Virus record (IMG/VR): IMGVR_UViG_3300021958_000023
Coordinates: 109,520-173,519 of that record
Reading direction: 5' to 3' (one strand)
Length of the DNA: 64,000 nt
Origin: a virus
Taxonomy: Duplodnaviria > Caudoviricetes
Below are positions 26,804 to 36,061 of the stretch, piece after piece (within the stretch, counting starts at the first letter, position 1; every line of letters begins with the position of its first letter). The position numbers and the translations under genes are program-made. The notes below the pieces were generated by a model, which saw only the letters and a list, made by a program, of their open reading frames with translations, searched no databases and had not been told where the DNA came from.

Positions 26804-26836
26804 AAAAAGGGGTAGGCGTTGTTTTACACCTACCCC
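26804..26836 (-). terminator. Intrinsic terminator after the capsid gene
   Basis: GGGGTAGG-loop-CCTACCCC followed by TTTTT. Confidence 0.8.
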
Positions 26837-26877
26837 GTTGTATTAACGCCTAGTTAATGATTTAATAGTCGAAACTA

Positions 26878-28293
26878 TTAGGAACCAGAACGTACAACCG
26901 CTGCATAAGGATACTTAGAAGCATCTAGAGCCGCACTTGAGTTCGTGGTTAGCGCTTTAAAGTCAAAGCGTGTGCTCATGTACATCGCAGTGACCTGCTG
27001 GCGTGGTTCGTACTCGCTCTCGATTTCCATGCCGCGTCTTTCAGCAATCATGAATCCAGGCTTGTAGACAAGTGCGCCGATATCATAATCAGCACCGCCA
27101 ACGTTATCTAGGAATTCAGTAATTACAACTGGAATTCCGTAGATGGCGCCAAGTGAACCTGTTAAGTAGGTCGCATTTGGTCCGAACTTATCAACTGTAC
27201 GGAAGTCAGACTCAGCTACTAGTGAGTTATAACCTTCAACAGTTGTTAAGTATACTAGCTGATCACCAAGCTGTAGACCGTACTTACCAAGTAGGGCACG
27301 AGCAGAGGCAATGTTAGCTGGAGAGGCTTTAGTAGAGTTACCACCAGTTTGAACGTTAAGTGCAGAAGCGCCAACAGCGTTAGCTAGCTCAACAACACCT
27401 GTGATAACAGAAGCGAATCCAGCACCACCAGAAATAGCAGCAACAGAGTTAGCTGTAAATCCAGTTAGAGCGCCAGTACCACGTAGGATCGACTTATCGA
27501 TAGAACGTGCTAGACGACGAGTTGCACCAGCGCGGAGGAAGTCGATAACAGGAAGAATTGTATCTTCTTCTTCATCTTTAGCAATATGAGTTGTAGCCAT
27601 AAACTTGTGTGGTGTAAACTCAACAGCTTTGATCTGGTTATTACGTCCAGAAGTTGGTACGTTAGTTGTGTCTCCAATACCAGACGCATATGTACCGTTA
27701 GCAAACTGTGCAACGTCGTCAGTGGTATCTTCATCAGCAACTGGTACTCTGAAGGTTTTTGCATCAACAGCAATACGCTCAAACATTGGAGCAATTACTA
27801 ACTGCTGCTGCATCTCTTCATAAATATTTGAAGAGAAGTTAGAAAGGAACTGGTCAACAGTTGTGACATCAGCTTTCATACGAGCACCAAACTTGGTGTC
27901 CATTGGATTAGACTTACCAAGAGCGTGTGCAAGCATAACAGCTTTTGCCTGATCAGCTGAACTCCAACGATCAGAGTTACGCTGAGACTCCTGCCATACC
28001 ATCTTGCTGTTCTGAAGAGCAGCAATTTCTTCTCTATATTTTTCCATCTGAGCTTTTAACTCAGCAACAGCTTCGGTCTCACGAGGAGTGTAAGCGGTTG
28101 AGTGTGTTTCATGCACGATAGTTTGTTTATCTTGTGCATCTGTTTCAGCTAAAATAGCCTGACCAGTTTTTTCGATTAACTCAGCCACTCTAGGCTCAGA
28201 GACTTCTACTGGGGCGGCTTTAGCTTCTGCTTGTTTATTTTCGGTTGCGCCTGTGTCAATAGTTAGCACATCACCTGCAGTTTGAGTAGCCAT
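26878..28293 (-). CDS. Major capsid protein from an internal in-frame start (471 aa)
   Basis: AAAGGAGAATAACGAC-ATG GCT ACT: AGGAG 9 nt upstream of an in-frame ATG; size similar to T5 pb8. Confidence 0.7.
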   Translation of the reverse strand: MATQTAGDVLTIDTGATENKQAEAKAAPVEVSEPRVAELIEKTGQAILAETDAQDKQTIVHETHSTAYTPRETEAVAELKAQMEKYREEIAALQNSKMVWQESQRNSDRWSSADQAKAVMLAHALGKSNPMDTKFGARMKADVTTVDQFLSNFSSNIYEEMQQQLVIAPMFERIAVDAKTFRVPVADEDTTDDVAQFANGTYASGIGDTTNVPTSGRNNQIKAVEFTPHKFMATTHIAKDEEEDTILPVIDFLRAGATRRLARSIDKSILRGTGALTGFTANSVAAISGGAGFASVITGVVELANAVGASALNVQTGGNSTKASPANIASARALLGKYGLQLGDQLVYLTTVEGYNSLVAESDFRTVDKFGPNATYLTGSLGAIYGIPVVITEFLDNVGGADYDIGALVYKPGFMIAERRGMEIESEYEPRQQVTAMYMSTRFDFKALTTNSSAALDASKYPYAAVVRSGS

Positions 28294-29616
28294 GTCGTTA
28301 TTCTCCTTTTCTACGGTATTAATTTCATGCCCATGTAGTTTTAAGGCTAGATCTCTATGATCATTTTCTTTCATTTGAGAAAGTTCGTTTACCATCACAT
28401 TTAAGTAATTTGCGAAGACATAATCTGAATCAGACCAATCGTCTCCGTTTGATTTTAGGTTAAGTAGTTTGTTTAGTTTTTCTTGGAAATCAAAGCTACT
28501 TACAACTCTCTCGTCACTTTTCAAGTTAAATAAAGATTGTTCAGTACCTGTATTGGTTTCCATGTAGTGTGTTTTAATTTCTTGTCTGACTGAATCAGTT
28601 AAAGTACTAATAGCTGTATTGACCATATGAATATCGTATTTAGTACCGATATCCCATGAATTCACTACAGCAATATCTTCAGCCTTAACTGTAACTATAT
28701 TATCTACTGTTTTTCCATTAACGTCAACTTCTAAAAATTTAAAGTTTGGTGATTCGGCAGTAGCAATTTTAGTAATTTTAAATCTTTTTCCTTCGTACTT
28801 TACAAAGGTTTCAGTGTCTAAACTAGAAGTCTCAGCAGATAAGAGATTTACGAAAGGAATTGGCGCCATTGGGTCAATCTCTTCAAAATCTTCTTCCTCT
28901 TCTTCGCCCTGTGACATTTCAAGAACAGGTTCTGCAGATTTTTCTTCAGTGACACTTTCTTCAGAAGTTTCTTCAGTTGCTTTTTCTTCCACTTCAATTG
29001 TCTCTGTAATTTCTTCTACAGCCTCAACATCGGTTTCAGAAATGGCTTCATCAGATTTCTCTTCTAAAACGGTATCTTCTGTTTCCATTTCTTCCTCGCT
29101 TTCTTTGAAATTTTTGACGAAGTTATCATATTCATCGTCTGCTTCAAAACTTTTTCTAATGCTGAATAGTGAATTTTGATTAGCGGGTACACTGACTACA
29201 CTAATTTCTAATAATTCAACATCGGTAATAGTCATAGAATCTGAGTGAGGGTCATATTTACCATCTTTAACTCTGAATCCTACTGAAAAACTCTTTAAAG
29301 CTCCATCTTTAATTAAAGTTTGAACTCCATGTAATTTCTCAGCTGCATCACTAACATTACCTTCTACATAGATGCCTTTTTTATCAACAGTAACTTTTTC
29401 TACCTTTCCAATAGGCTGATCATGTTTATGTTGGTATAATAAAACAGGGTTTTTTCTGTAGTTGTCTACTCCTTTAGCCCACGCTTGTGCAGTAACAACA
29501 TCTCCGACCCTGTCTTTATCAGTAGTATTTGCGTATCCAGCAATTTTTAATCCTCTAGAAGTTTTTGTTAACTTCTTGGCTTCAAAACTACTATTTAAAT
29601 AAAAAGTTTTTTCCAT
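26878..29616 (-). CDS. Prohead protease-major capsid protein fusion (HK97 fold)
   Basis: N-terminal IAGYANT.DKDRVGD...LLYQH...SFSVGF...ELLEISVVSVPANQ; C-terminal ~470 aa capsid domain. Confidence 0.85.
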   Translation of the reverse strand: MEKTFYLNSSFEAKKLTKTSRGLKIAGYANTTDKDRVGDVVTAQAWAKGVDNYRKNPVLLYQHKHDQPIGKVEKVTVDKKGIYVEGNVSDAAEKLHGVQTLIKDGALKSFSVGFRVKDGKYDPHSDSMTITDVELLEISVVSVPANQNSLFSIRKSFEADDEYDNFVKNFKESEEEMETEDTVLEEKSDEAISETDVEAVEEITETIEVEEKATEETSEESVTEEKSAEPVLEMSQGEEEEEDFEEIDPMAPIPFVNLLSAETSSLDTETFVKYEGKRFKITKIATAESPNFKFLEVDVNGKTVDNIVTVKAEDIAVVNSWDIGTKYDIHMVNTAISTLTDSVRQEIKTHYMETNTGTEQSLFNLKSDERVVSSFDFQEKLNKLLNLKSNGDDWSDSDYVFANYLNVMVNELSQMKENDHRDLALKLHGHEINTVEKENNDMATQTAGDVLTIDTGATENKQAEAKAAPVEVSEPRVAELIEKTGQAILAETDAQDKQTIVHETHSTAYTPRETEAVAELKAQMEKYREEIAALQNSKMVWQESQRNSDRWSSADQAKAVMLAHALGKSNPMDTKFGARMKADVTTVDQFLSNFSSNIYEEMQQQLVIAPMFERIAVDAKTFRVPVADEDTTDDVAQFANGTYASGIGDTTNVPTSGRNNQIKAVEFTPHKFMATTHIAKDEEEDTILPVIDFLRAGATRRLARSIDKSILRGTGALTGFTANSVAAISGGAGFASVITGVVELANAVGASALNVQTGGNSTKASPANIASARALLGKYGLQLGDQLVYLTTVEGYNSLVAESDFRTVDKFGPNATYLTGSLGAIYGIPVVITEFLDNVGGADYDIGALVYKPGFMIAERRGMEIESEYEPRQQVTAMYMSTRFDFKALTTNSSAALDASKYPYAAVVRSGS

Positions 29617-29627
29617 TTTCTTTTCCT

Positions 29628-30875
29628 TTATTCGTTAGCGCTAGAATCTAATGATTCAGGCCTACCTCCTAAAGAAGGGTCAACAGCGCTTCCAGTTATA
29701 TTTTGAGGAATTCTTATTGAATCGTTTTCCTCGCCATCTAATCTCTCTAATCCTAAACCAGATCTTGCTTCATTTACTGTTATAATACCAGTGTTAACAA
29801 GGGTTGAATAGTATACGGCTTGTGTCTTATTATCAGGTTGTAGCGCAGAAATAGCTGTTTTATCAGGCCTAATAACTACTCCACCATTAAAATAGTGGGA
29901 AAAAGCACTACAAAATAATGATAAAAGCGGTAATACTGTGTGATTATAAAATAACATTTCGTTTGCTGCAATATTAGCATTGTTACCGCTTTTTAGGAGA
30001 ACATAAGGTACTCCTAAAGATTTTGCTATGTCTTGCTGAATTCTTTCGATAGAGTTTTCAAAATCTAATTCAGTAAAACTAATATTAGAAAACTTGTCTA
30101 TTTTTAACCCGCCATCTAAAATTGCAGGACTTCTAGCTCCTTTAAATAAGGAAGAGTAGTTACTTCTCCAAGCTTCTAATAATCTTTCTTTTACTTTTGG
30201 ACTTAAAACATTGTCTGTTTGAAGAACAAGTCCTGGAACCGCGTTATTCTTAAAAAAGACTCTTTGAAACTCTGTCATTTGATAGTATAATTCAAATAAT
30301 CTTTCTAAGTTTCTTAATTTACTGGTTCCTCTAAAGATACTTTCCTCATTGTCTGATTTAATATGAATAACTTCATCAGGAGTAAAAGTAATTCTTTCTG
30401 CTTTTGATGTTTGTCTTGAAAATCCAAAATAATCTGTATTAGTATTGTGAATTAAGTAATTGTAGTGACTAACAAAAGTTTTTGAATCAGCAACAACTTC
30501 AACATCGTTTGCAGGTAGTAAATATAATCCACCGTTCTCTTTATCATAGTAGAAAAATGCATTACCGTCAAGATAAAAATCTAAAAATGCCCTTCTGAAT
30601 AAACGAGCTCTATCCTCAAAGGGATTAGGCTTAGCATTCATTATTTTGTGAATTTTTTTAGCTGCACCGCCGTCTACTATTAAAGGCACGCTTGTAGCCG
30701 CGTTTATTATGACTTCAATAGATCTATTAACAATCTCTATCTGTCTATAGGCTGATTCAAAATCAACTATTGACTCTGGTAAATTGTAAGGATCTCTTGA
30801 AGCAATAAACGGTTGAGCAGGGTTAAGCTTTTCTCTTGTAGTAAGCCTGTCAGCAAGCCAATCTCTAATTCCCAT
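29628..30875 (-). CDS. Portal protein (HK97/T5 type)
   Basis: KPNPF, LDGNAF, EVIHIK, FFKNNAVPG, ILDGG, GIITVNEAR motifs. Confidence 0.92.
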   Translation of the reverse strand: MGIRDWLADRLTTREKLNPAQPFIASRDPYNLPESIVDFESAYRQIEIVNRSIEVIINAATSVPLIVDGGAAKKIHKIMNAKPNPFEDRARLFRRAFLDFYLDGNAFFYYDKENGGLYLLPANDVEVVADSKTFVSHYNYLIHNTNTDYFGFSRQTSKAERITFTPDEVIHIKSDNEESIFRGTSKLRNLERLFELYYQMTEFQRVFFKNNAVPGLVLQTDNVLSPKVKERLLEAWRSNYSSLFKGARSPAILDGGLKIDKFSNISFTELDFENSIERIQQDIAKSLGVPYVLLKSGNNANIAANEMLFYNHTVLPLLSLFCSAFSHYFNGGVVIRPDKTAISALQPDNKTQAVYYSTLVNTGIITVNEARSGLGLERLDGEENDSIRIPQNITGSAVDPSLGGRPESLDSSANE

Positions 30876-31239
30876 TATGTTTCTCTTTTTGTATATTTAT
30901 CCAGTTAATAATTTTCTTATCAAAAGAAATAGGATAAACTTGTCCATATAAATTATGTAAAAGACTGTGGTGAAAATTACATAAAGTGTATAAATTAGTA
31001 TTATTTAAGTACTCTTTATAATCTTCTTTAAATTTTATTCTTATACTCTTAATGTACTCTACATCATCTATTCTGTCAATTTTATTTTCTTTACACCAGT
31101 GATGAAAGAGCTCAGAAATAGAATATATGTGATGTAATTCTAGTTTCTCTTTTGATCCACATATATAACAAGACTCATCATATTTATATTCTTTTTTGAT
31201 ATAATCTCGTATATATTTTATAGGGATTCTTTTAAGCAT
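30865..31239 (-). CDS. HNH-type endonuclease (T5 nicking endonuclease-like)
   Basis: CYICG...LELHH...TLCNFHH; lies between terL and portal as in T5. Confidence 0.75.
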   Translation of the reverse strand: MLKRIPIKYIRDYIKKEYKYDESCYICGSKEKLELHHIYSISELFHHWCKENKIDRIDDVEYIKSIRIKFKEDYKEYLNNTNLYTLCNFHHSLLHNLYGQVYPISFDKKIINWINIQKEKHNGN

Positions 31240-32500
31240 ATATACTAACTTGTCCTCTCATATTAGAATATATTGCATATCTTATAGCATCACAACAATG
31301 AGAAGTCCAGTCGTGTAAAGGTTTTTGTTTTTCCGTTCTCTCATTCCATCTATAAGCAGCCATTGAATCAAAACTATGTCTAGCATTATCAATATCAAAA
31401 GTTAACTTATCATTATCAACTAAGTTTTGAACGGATAATATACCGTCATTTACACTTTTTTGAGCATTCTCACAATAAATATCATAGTCATATGCTAAAT
31501 CAGCTTTAGTTTGTTGTGCTGCAGAATCAATATAAATTGTATCAATATCCCATTTATCTGCAATTTCTTTTATGTGTTCTGCGTGTACTGAAGTAGTTCC
31601 TTCTTTTGCTACATATTCATCTACAACAAAGTATTCATCATCTTTATTTTTAGCTAATACAACAAAAGCTGTTTCGTCTCTATAACCAATATCAAGACCT
31701 GCTATAAACTCATATCTATAATCACCCGGATTTATTTCTTCAATCTGTCTTAAATGCTTATTTTCGTCAATATTATAAATTTTACCTTCTAGAGTTACCC
31801 AATCACATTCATACTCTTGACCAAATAAGTTTCGGCTCATACTTTTACGAGCTTCTTCGATATCTTTTTGATTTAGTAAAGGGTTTGATTTCCAAGTAAA
31901 TCTAGCACTTCCCCACTCTTCAAATTCTGGATCTTGCCCTCTTATATAGTACTCATATAAATAATTACCTTTTCCTCGTGGTGTTGATATCCACAAACAA
32001 CGAGAATCAGGAAAGGTAGATAGCGCAGGTCTTAAATCTCTAGTAAAATACTCATCATTAGGAATAATTGCCGCTTCGTCGACTATTAACAAATTAGCCG
32101 CTCTACCAATTAAGCTATCTCTATTATTAGCAGATAGAAGTCTAAAAGTACTTCCATTAATTAATCTAATGACTTTATCTTTTTGATTAAATCTGTCAGT
32201 TTCTAATGCTAAATCTCTAATTATTTGAGTAGTATAATCCCAAATAATTGAAGACAAAGAAAAGTTCGGTGCAACAACCATTACCTGTGTTCCAGGTTCT
32301 AAAAGCTTAGCAAAGGCTAAAATGGCAGCGGCATAGGATTTTCCTGTACGACGTGCTGATATATGTACCCAAAATCGGTTATTCTCTAAACCTTCAACCA
32401 TTCCCCACTGGCTTTCATTCAGCTTTAAATCAAGCTGGTTTACCATAGGGATTCTATGTAGAAGTTTTTCTAAATTGATTTTAAAAAATTTATCACTCAT
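31232..32500 (-). CDS. terL: Terminase large subunit
   Basis: Walker A SARRTGKS, Walker B LLIVDEAA, ISTPRG, nuclease AGLDIGYRD and HCCDAIRY. Confidence 0.95.
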   Translation of the reverse strand: MSDKFFKINLEKLLHRIPMVNQLDLKLNESQWGMVEGLENNRFWVHISARRTGKSYAAAILAFAKLLEPGTQVMVVAPNFSLSSIIWDYTTQIIRDLALETDRFNQKDKVIRLINGSTFRLLSANNRDSLIGRAANLLIVDEAAIIPNDEYFTRDLRPALSTFPDSRCLWISTPRGKGNYLYEYYIRGQDPEFEEWGSARFTWKSNPLLNQKDIEEARKSMSRNLFGQEYECDWVTLEGKIYNIDENKHLRQIEEINPGDYRYEFIAGLDIGYRDETAFVVLAKNKDDEYFVVDEYVAKEGTTSVHAEHIKEIADKWDIDTIYIDSAAQQTKADLAYDYDIYCENAQKSVNDGILSVQNLVDNDKLTFDIDNARHSFDSMAAYRWNERTEKQKPLHDWTSHCCDAIRYAIYSNMRGQVSIYA

Positions 32501-32799
32501 TATCTATACATATTTAAAATAGTATAAATAAATCCAGCAAGACCTCCGATAAACATGCCGATAAAGATTAAAGTTTTTAAACTAGTTTTACCTTGAGTAG
32601 CTAATACTTTTAAATCTTGTACTTCTTCAAAAGTATACTGAATTTGCTCTTGAAGTCTTTCAAAATTTTCCATGATTTTATCATATCTTTCAGCACAAAT
32701 TGCTTCATGCTTGGACAGTTCGAGTTTTGTATTTTGGCTACGTTCGTGCAATGTCTCTACATCGTTTTGAAGCTGATCTAATTCTCTTTGTGTATCCAT
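32500..32799 (-). CDS. Coiled-coil protein with C-terminal TM helix
   Basis: HEAICAERY motif; hydrophobic C-terminus. Confidence 0.7.
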   Translation of the reverse strand: MDTQRELDQLQNDVETLHERSQNTKLELSKHEAICAERYDKIMENFERLQEQIQYTFEEVQDLKVLATQGKTSLKTLIFIGMFIGGLAGFIYTILNMYR

Positions 32800-32829
32800 A
32801 AGAATTCTCCAACCCCCTCGCTAATTTAT

Positions 32830-33159
32830 TTATGACCACTCAGTTGTTTTTGTATCAAACCAATTATTAGCCATTGTTGAAACCTCTGCATCTGTCATAA
32901 CTACAGGATCTGTTTCTGGATCTTCGCTCTCTGTTGAAAAAGGATTAACAGAGTGCATAGTTAATATTCTAGTATTAAAAGTTTCTTTTGTAAATACTGT
33001 TAAAGTACTAGGAATATAATGTTCTGCACTATCACTAATACATCCAACATAGGTATGATTATTTGAGTTATACCAGTAACCACCATCATCAATCCAAATT
33101 GGGGTTTTTTTATTATTTGAGCGTGCTCTTACTTTGTGAAGTTTATATTCAACTATCAT
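32830..33159 (-). CDS. Hypothetical protein
   Basis: 109-aa ORF in operon context. Confidence 0.7.
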   Translation of the reverse strand: MIVEYKLHKVRARSNNKKTPIWIDDGGYWYNSNNHTYVGCISDSAEHYIPSTLTVFTKETFNTRILTMHSVNPFSTESEDPETDPVVMTDAEVSTMANNWFDTKTTEWS

Positions 33160-34048
33160 TTGAATTCTCCTCTAAATCGTTTTTAGGAAGAAACAGAGCA
33201 TCCTCATCATAGTGATTTCTTAAGCCTTGTAAACTCATCCTTACTTCGTCTACTTTTAACTGATCAAGAAGTTTTTCGCACATTGCATCTAAAAACTCAT
33301 ACATAGGCTTAATTGTATAGTCATCTATTTTTTGTTCATACTCTAAAAAAGCAGCCATATCTAAATGTATTTTTCCAGGATTCACTCCTATTTGTTCTAG
33401 ATACTCTTGCTCTCCTTTTGTAATTCTTCCACTTTGTCTAACATCTCTTAAACACTGAACTAAGCTTCTTTTTAAGTGTGATCTTGCTTCTTCTTTTTCA
33501 AAGTCTTGTTCAGTATAATCTTTATAATTTTCTTTTAAATCATCGTACAAATTAGATAAAGTTAATACATCTTTCATAGCACCTTCAACATATTTCATTC
33601 CATTAGCCATGCCGCTTTTTAGTTGAGCAATATCTATCTCTAACAACTGCTTTTTTAAGACATCTTTTTCTTTATCTAGTCTCTCTTCTTTTTGTTTTAG
33701 TTTAATCTCATTCTTTAAATAATTCCATTTTGCTTCTTCTAGTGCTTCTCTTTTTCTAGTCATTTCTGCACTAACTTGTCTTAAATTTTTCATTGGAGCT
33801 GCATAACTTAAGTTAATATGTCTCCAAGTCCATTGTGAATGAGATCTGTTCCAAATTCTTTCAGTCTCTGCAACATTAGCTATAGCTATGTCTACTTTTT
33901 TTGCATTTTCTGCTAGTGTCAAGTTGCCAAAACTTTTAACATTAGCCATATCACTAGTGTTAAAAACCTCAGAAATAGTAACACCTCTAGCTTCTTCAGC
34001 TACTTGTACTAAATCTTTATTATCTTTTGTTATTGTAATATCAGCCAT
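33149..34048 (-). CDS. Coiled-coil hypothetical protein
   Basis: 299 aa with a central heptad-rich segment; GAGGGG RBS. Confidence 0.75.
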   Translation of the reverse strand: MADITITKDNKDLVQVAEEARGVTISEVFNTSDMANVKSFGNLTLAENAKKVDIAIANVAETERIWNRSHSQWTWRHINLSYAAPMKNLRQVSAEMTRKREALEEAKWNYLKNEIKLKQKEERLDKEKDVLKKQLLEIDIAQLKSGMANGMKYVEGAMKDVLTLSNLYDDLKENYKDYTEQDFEKEEARSHLKRSLVQCLRDVRQSGRITKGEQEYLEQIGVNPGKIHLDMAAFLEYEQKIDDYTIKPMYEFLDAMCEKLLDQLKVDEVRMSLQGLRNHYDEDALFLPKNDLEENSNDS

Positions 34049-34060
34049 GTTCCCCTCATT

Positions 34061-34630
34061 CTATGATATATTAAAACTTATTGAAATTCTATCTTCTGTA
34101 TTTTCATTGGGCTCAACATAATGTTCTAACCATGATGGAAATATTATACAAGCTCCTGACTCTGGTGTCAACCCATAATTTTTAACTCTAATTCTGCTGG
34201 TCTCTGACCTACTAGCGGGATTGACTAAAATTAATCTGCCACAATTTTCTGGAACCCTTACATAATATACACCGCTAAGCTGTCCACTGTGTACATGGTG
34301 AGCATTATAGGAGTATTGTGAATTTATATTTAACCACATAGAATCTATATTTAAAGGAGCTTTTGTTCTCTCAGAAAACTCTTCTGCTATTCCAAAACTA
34401 ATTTCATCTAACTTATCTATTAAAGGATGCAATAATTCTTTATACTCTTCAAAGATATAATCATGACTTTGCCAGCCTAAAAAATTAGAACGTTTTTTAC
34501 CTTTTGAACTATTTTTTAACCAGTAAGCAAACTTAATTAGTTCTGTATTAAAAGATCCATAATTAGGCAGTTTAAACCCCCAAATCGGTATGGGCATTAT
34601 GTTTTCTAAAAAATCATTATGGTTTATCAT
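34061..34630 (-). CDS. Putative 2OG-Fe(II) oxygenase (TIGR02466-like)
   Basis: GWQS, WLNIN, HVH, LSGVYY, FPSWLEHYV, RISISFN. Confidence 0.85.
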   Translation of the reverse strand: MINHNDFLENIMPIPIWGFKLPNYGSFNTELIKFAYWLKNSSKGKKRSNFLGWQSHDYIFEEYKELLHPLIDKLDEISFGIAEEFSERTKAPLNIDSMWLNINSQYSYNAHHVHSGQLSGVYYVRVPENCGRLILVNPASRSETSRIRVKNYGLTPESGACIIFPSWLEHYVEPNENTEDRISISFNIS

Positions 34631-35241
34631 CTAAAATGAGTATATCCTTGAACCCAAATAACTAAAGACCACCTTGTTCCTCTAGTAACAGGGGTTACTC
34701 TATGTCTCATATAACTCGGAAATAAAATAACACTGCCTCTGTCTTTTGGCATAGTCACTGGCTGACCTTCATCAACCTGTAATTCTCCTCCTTCATAATC
34801 AGAGGGGTCAGAGAGCTGTACTACCATAGAGATTTTTCTTCCATAAGAATTACCTCCTCCTACATCAATATGCCAATCATAGTGTTGTTTAGTCTCATTA
34901 CTTGTGTACTCTAGAAGTTGTAACCCATGCATAATACCTGCAATTTCAAAATCAAAATGATGTTGATTAGTTACATCCGCTATAAACATCATTTTTTCAA
35001 ATAGACCATTTGTTTTTTCGTTGATGAAAATATTACGAACATAAACGTCACGAGTTTCTCTTCTAATTTCACCTCCGTTTTCTCCTACAGAGGCAAATTC
35101 TGGATATTCGTTTTTACCATATTCAATAACCCAATCACACTCATCTGGAGTAAAATACATTTCTCTTTTAGAGTGTTCAGCATTATGAAACACAAATCCA
35201 GGAGTTCTAGGTTTTTGTCTTGGAGCCATAAACTTTGCCAT
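34627..35241 (-). CDS. 2OG-Fe(II) oxygenase (P4H/PKHD-like)
   Basis: YDWHID, RKISMVVQLSDPSDYEGGEL, FPSYMRHRVTPVTRGTRWSLV. Confidence 0.9.
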   Translation of the reverse strand: MAKFMAPRQKPRTPGFVFHNAEHSKREMYFTPDECDWVIEYGKNEYPEFASVGENGGEIRRETRDVYVRNIFINEKTNGLFEKMMFIADVTNQHHFDFEIAGIMHGLQLLEYTSNETKQHYDWHIDVGGGNSYGRKISMVVQLSDPSDYEGGELQVDEGQPVTMPKDRGSVILFPSYMRHRVTPVTRGTRWSLVIWVQGYTHFR

Positions 35242-35987
35242 TATTCACCTACCTTAAACTCAAATTTTTCTGGAAGAGGCTTCTTTTCTTGAGTAGTTTC
35301 CCAAGGCTTTTTTGATAAGTTATCGTACATACTATGTAGTTCTTGAGACTCTTCCCAAGGTTTTTTTACTATAGTACGATTACCAGTTTTTGGAATTCCA
35401 AGAGAGGTTCTTCCGTCAAACTTACATTCTTGTGCATACGGACCGTTTGCATCTACATAGTGAAAAAATACTTGAGCTTGCCAATCGCCTCGATATTCTG
35501 GTCTCCAATGAGGCACTTCACAGCCTCTGTATAACATCATCTCTCCAAGACCAATTTCTATTTTTTTGCCGACCTTATCTTCATCATCTTTGCCTACATA
35601 GATAGGCCAAATAGGTTCACCTTCTTTAATACCGATAGTCATTGTACCAGAAATTTCACATGACGGACGATCTTTATGATACTCTAAAACTTCTCCATTT
35701 TGATAAATACGAGAGTATGTATACGCCGGTATTAATGATACTCCGATTAGATTACTTAAAGGAGCAGCTAGTCTCGCTAAAAGAGTGTCAAATAATGGAT
35801 CTCCATAAATAGACCAAGATTTTGGACACTGTTTATCGTCTCCTCCTAAAGATACAGGTGGGACTAAAAGTCCCGCATCTCTTTTTACAAATAAATAATC
35901 AGTCATAAGAGAACACACCTCATGACTGACTACATCATTAAAAAGTATATATTTTTGATTTTTAAATACTTCTGCTATATTACTCAT
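35241..35987 (-). CDS. 2OG-Fe(II) oxygenase-like protein
   Basis: YSRIY, HKDRPSCEIS, YRGCEVPHWR, QVFFHYVD. Confidence 0.8.
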   Translation of the reverse strand: MSNIAEVFKNQKYILFNDVVSHEVCSLMTDYLFVKRDAGLLVPPVSLGGDDKQCPKSWSIYGDPLFDTLLARLAAPLSNLIGVSLIPAYTYSRIYQNGEVLEYHKDRPSCEISGTMTIGIKEGEPIWPIYVGKDDEDKVGKKIEIGLGEMMLYRGCEVPHWRPEYRGDWQAQVFFHYVDANGPYAQECKFDGRTSLGIPKTGNRTIVKKPWEESQELHSMYDNLSKKPWETTQEKKPLPEKFEFKVGE

Positions 35988-36019
35988 TATAATCTCCCCT
36001 CAATTTTGGATTATATGTT

Positions 36020-36048
36020 ATTATATATTAAAAATTTTATCTAGTCAA
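36020..36048 (-). promoter_or_regulatory. sigma70-type promoter for the oxygenase cluster
   Basis: TTGACT-N17-TATAAT. Confidence 0.7.
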
Positions 36049-36061
36049 GACTAATCATACT

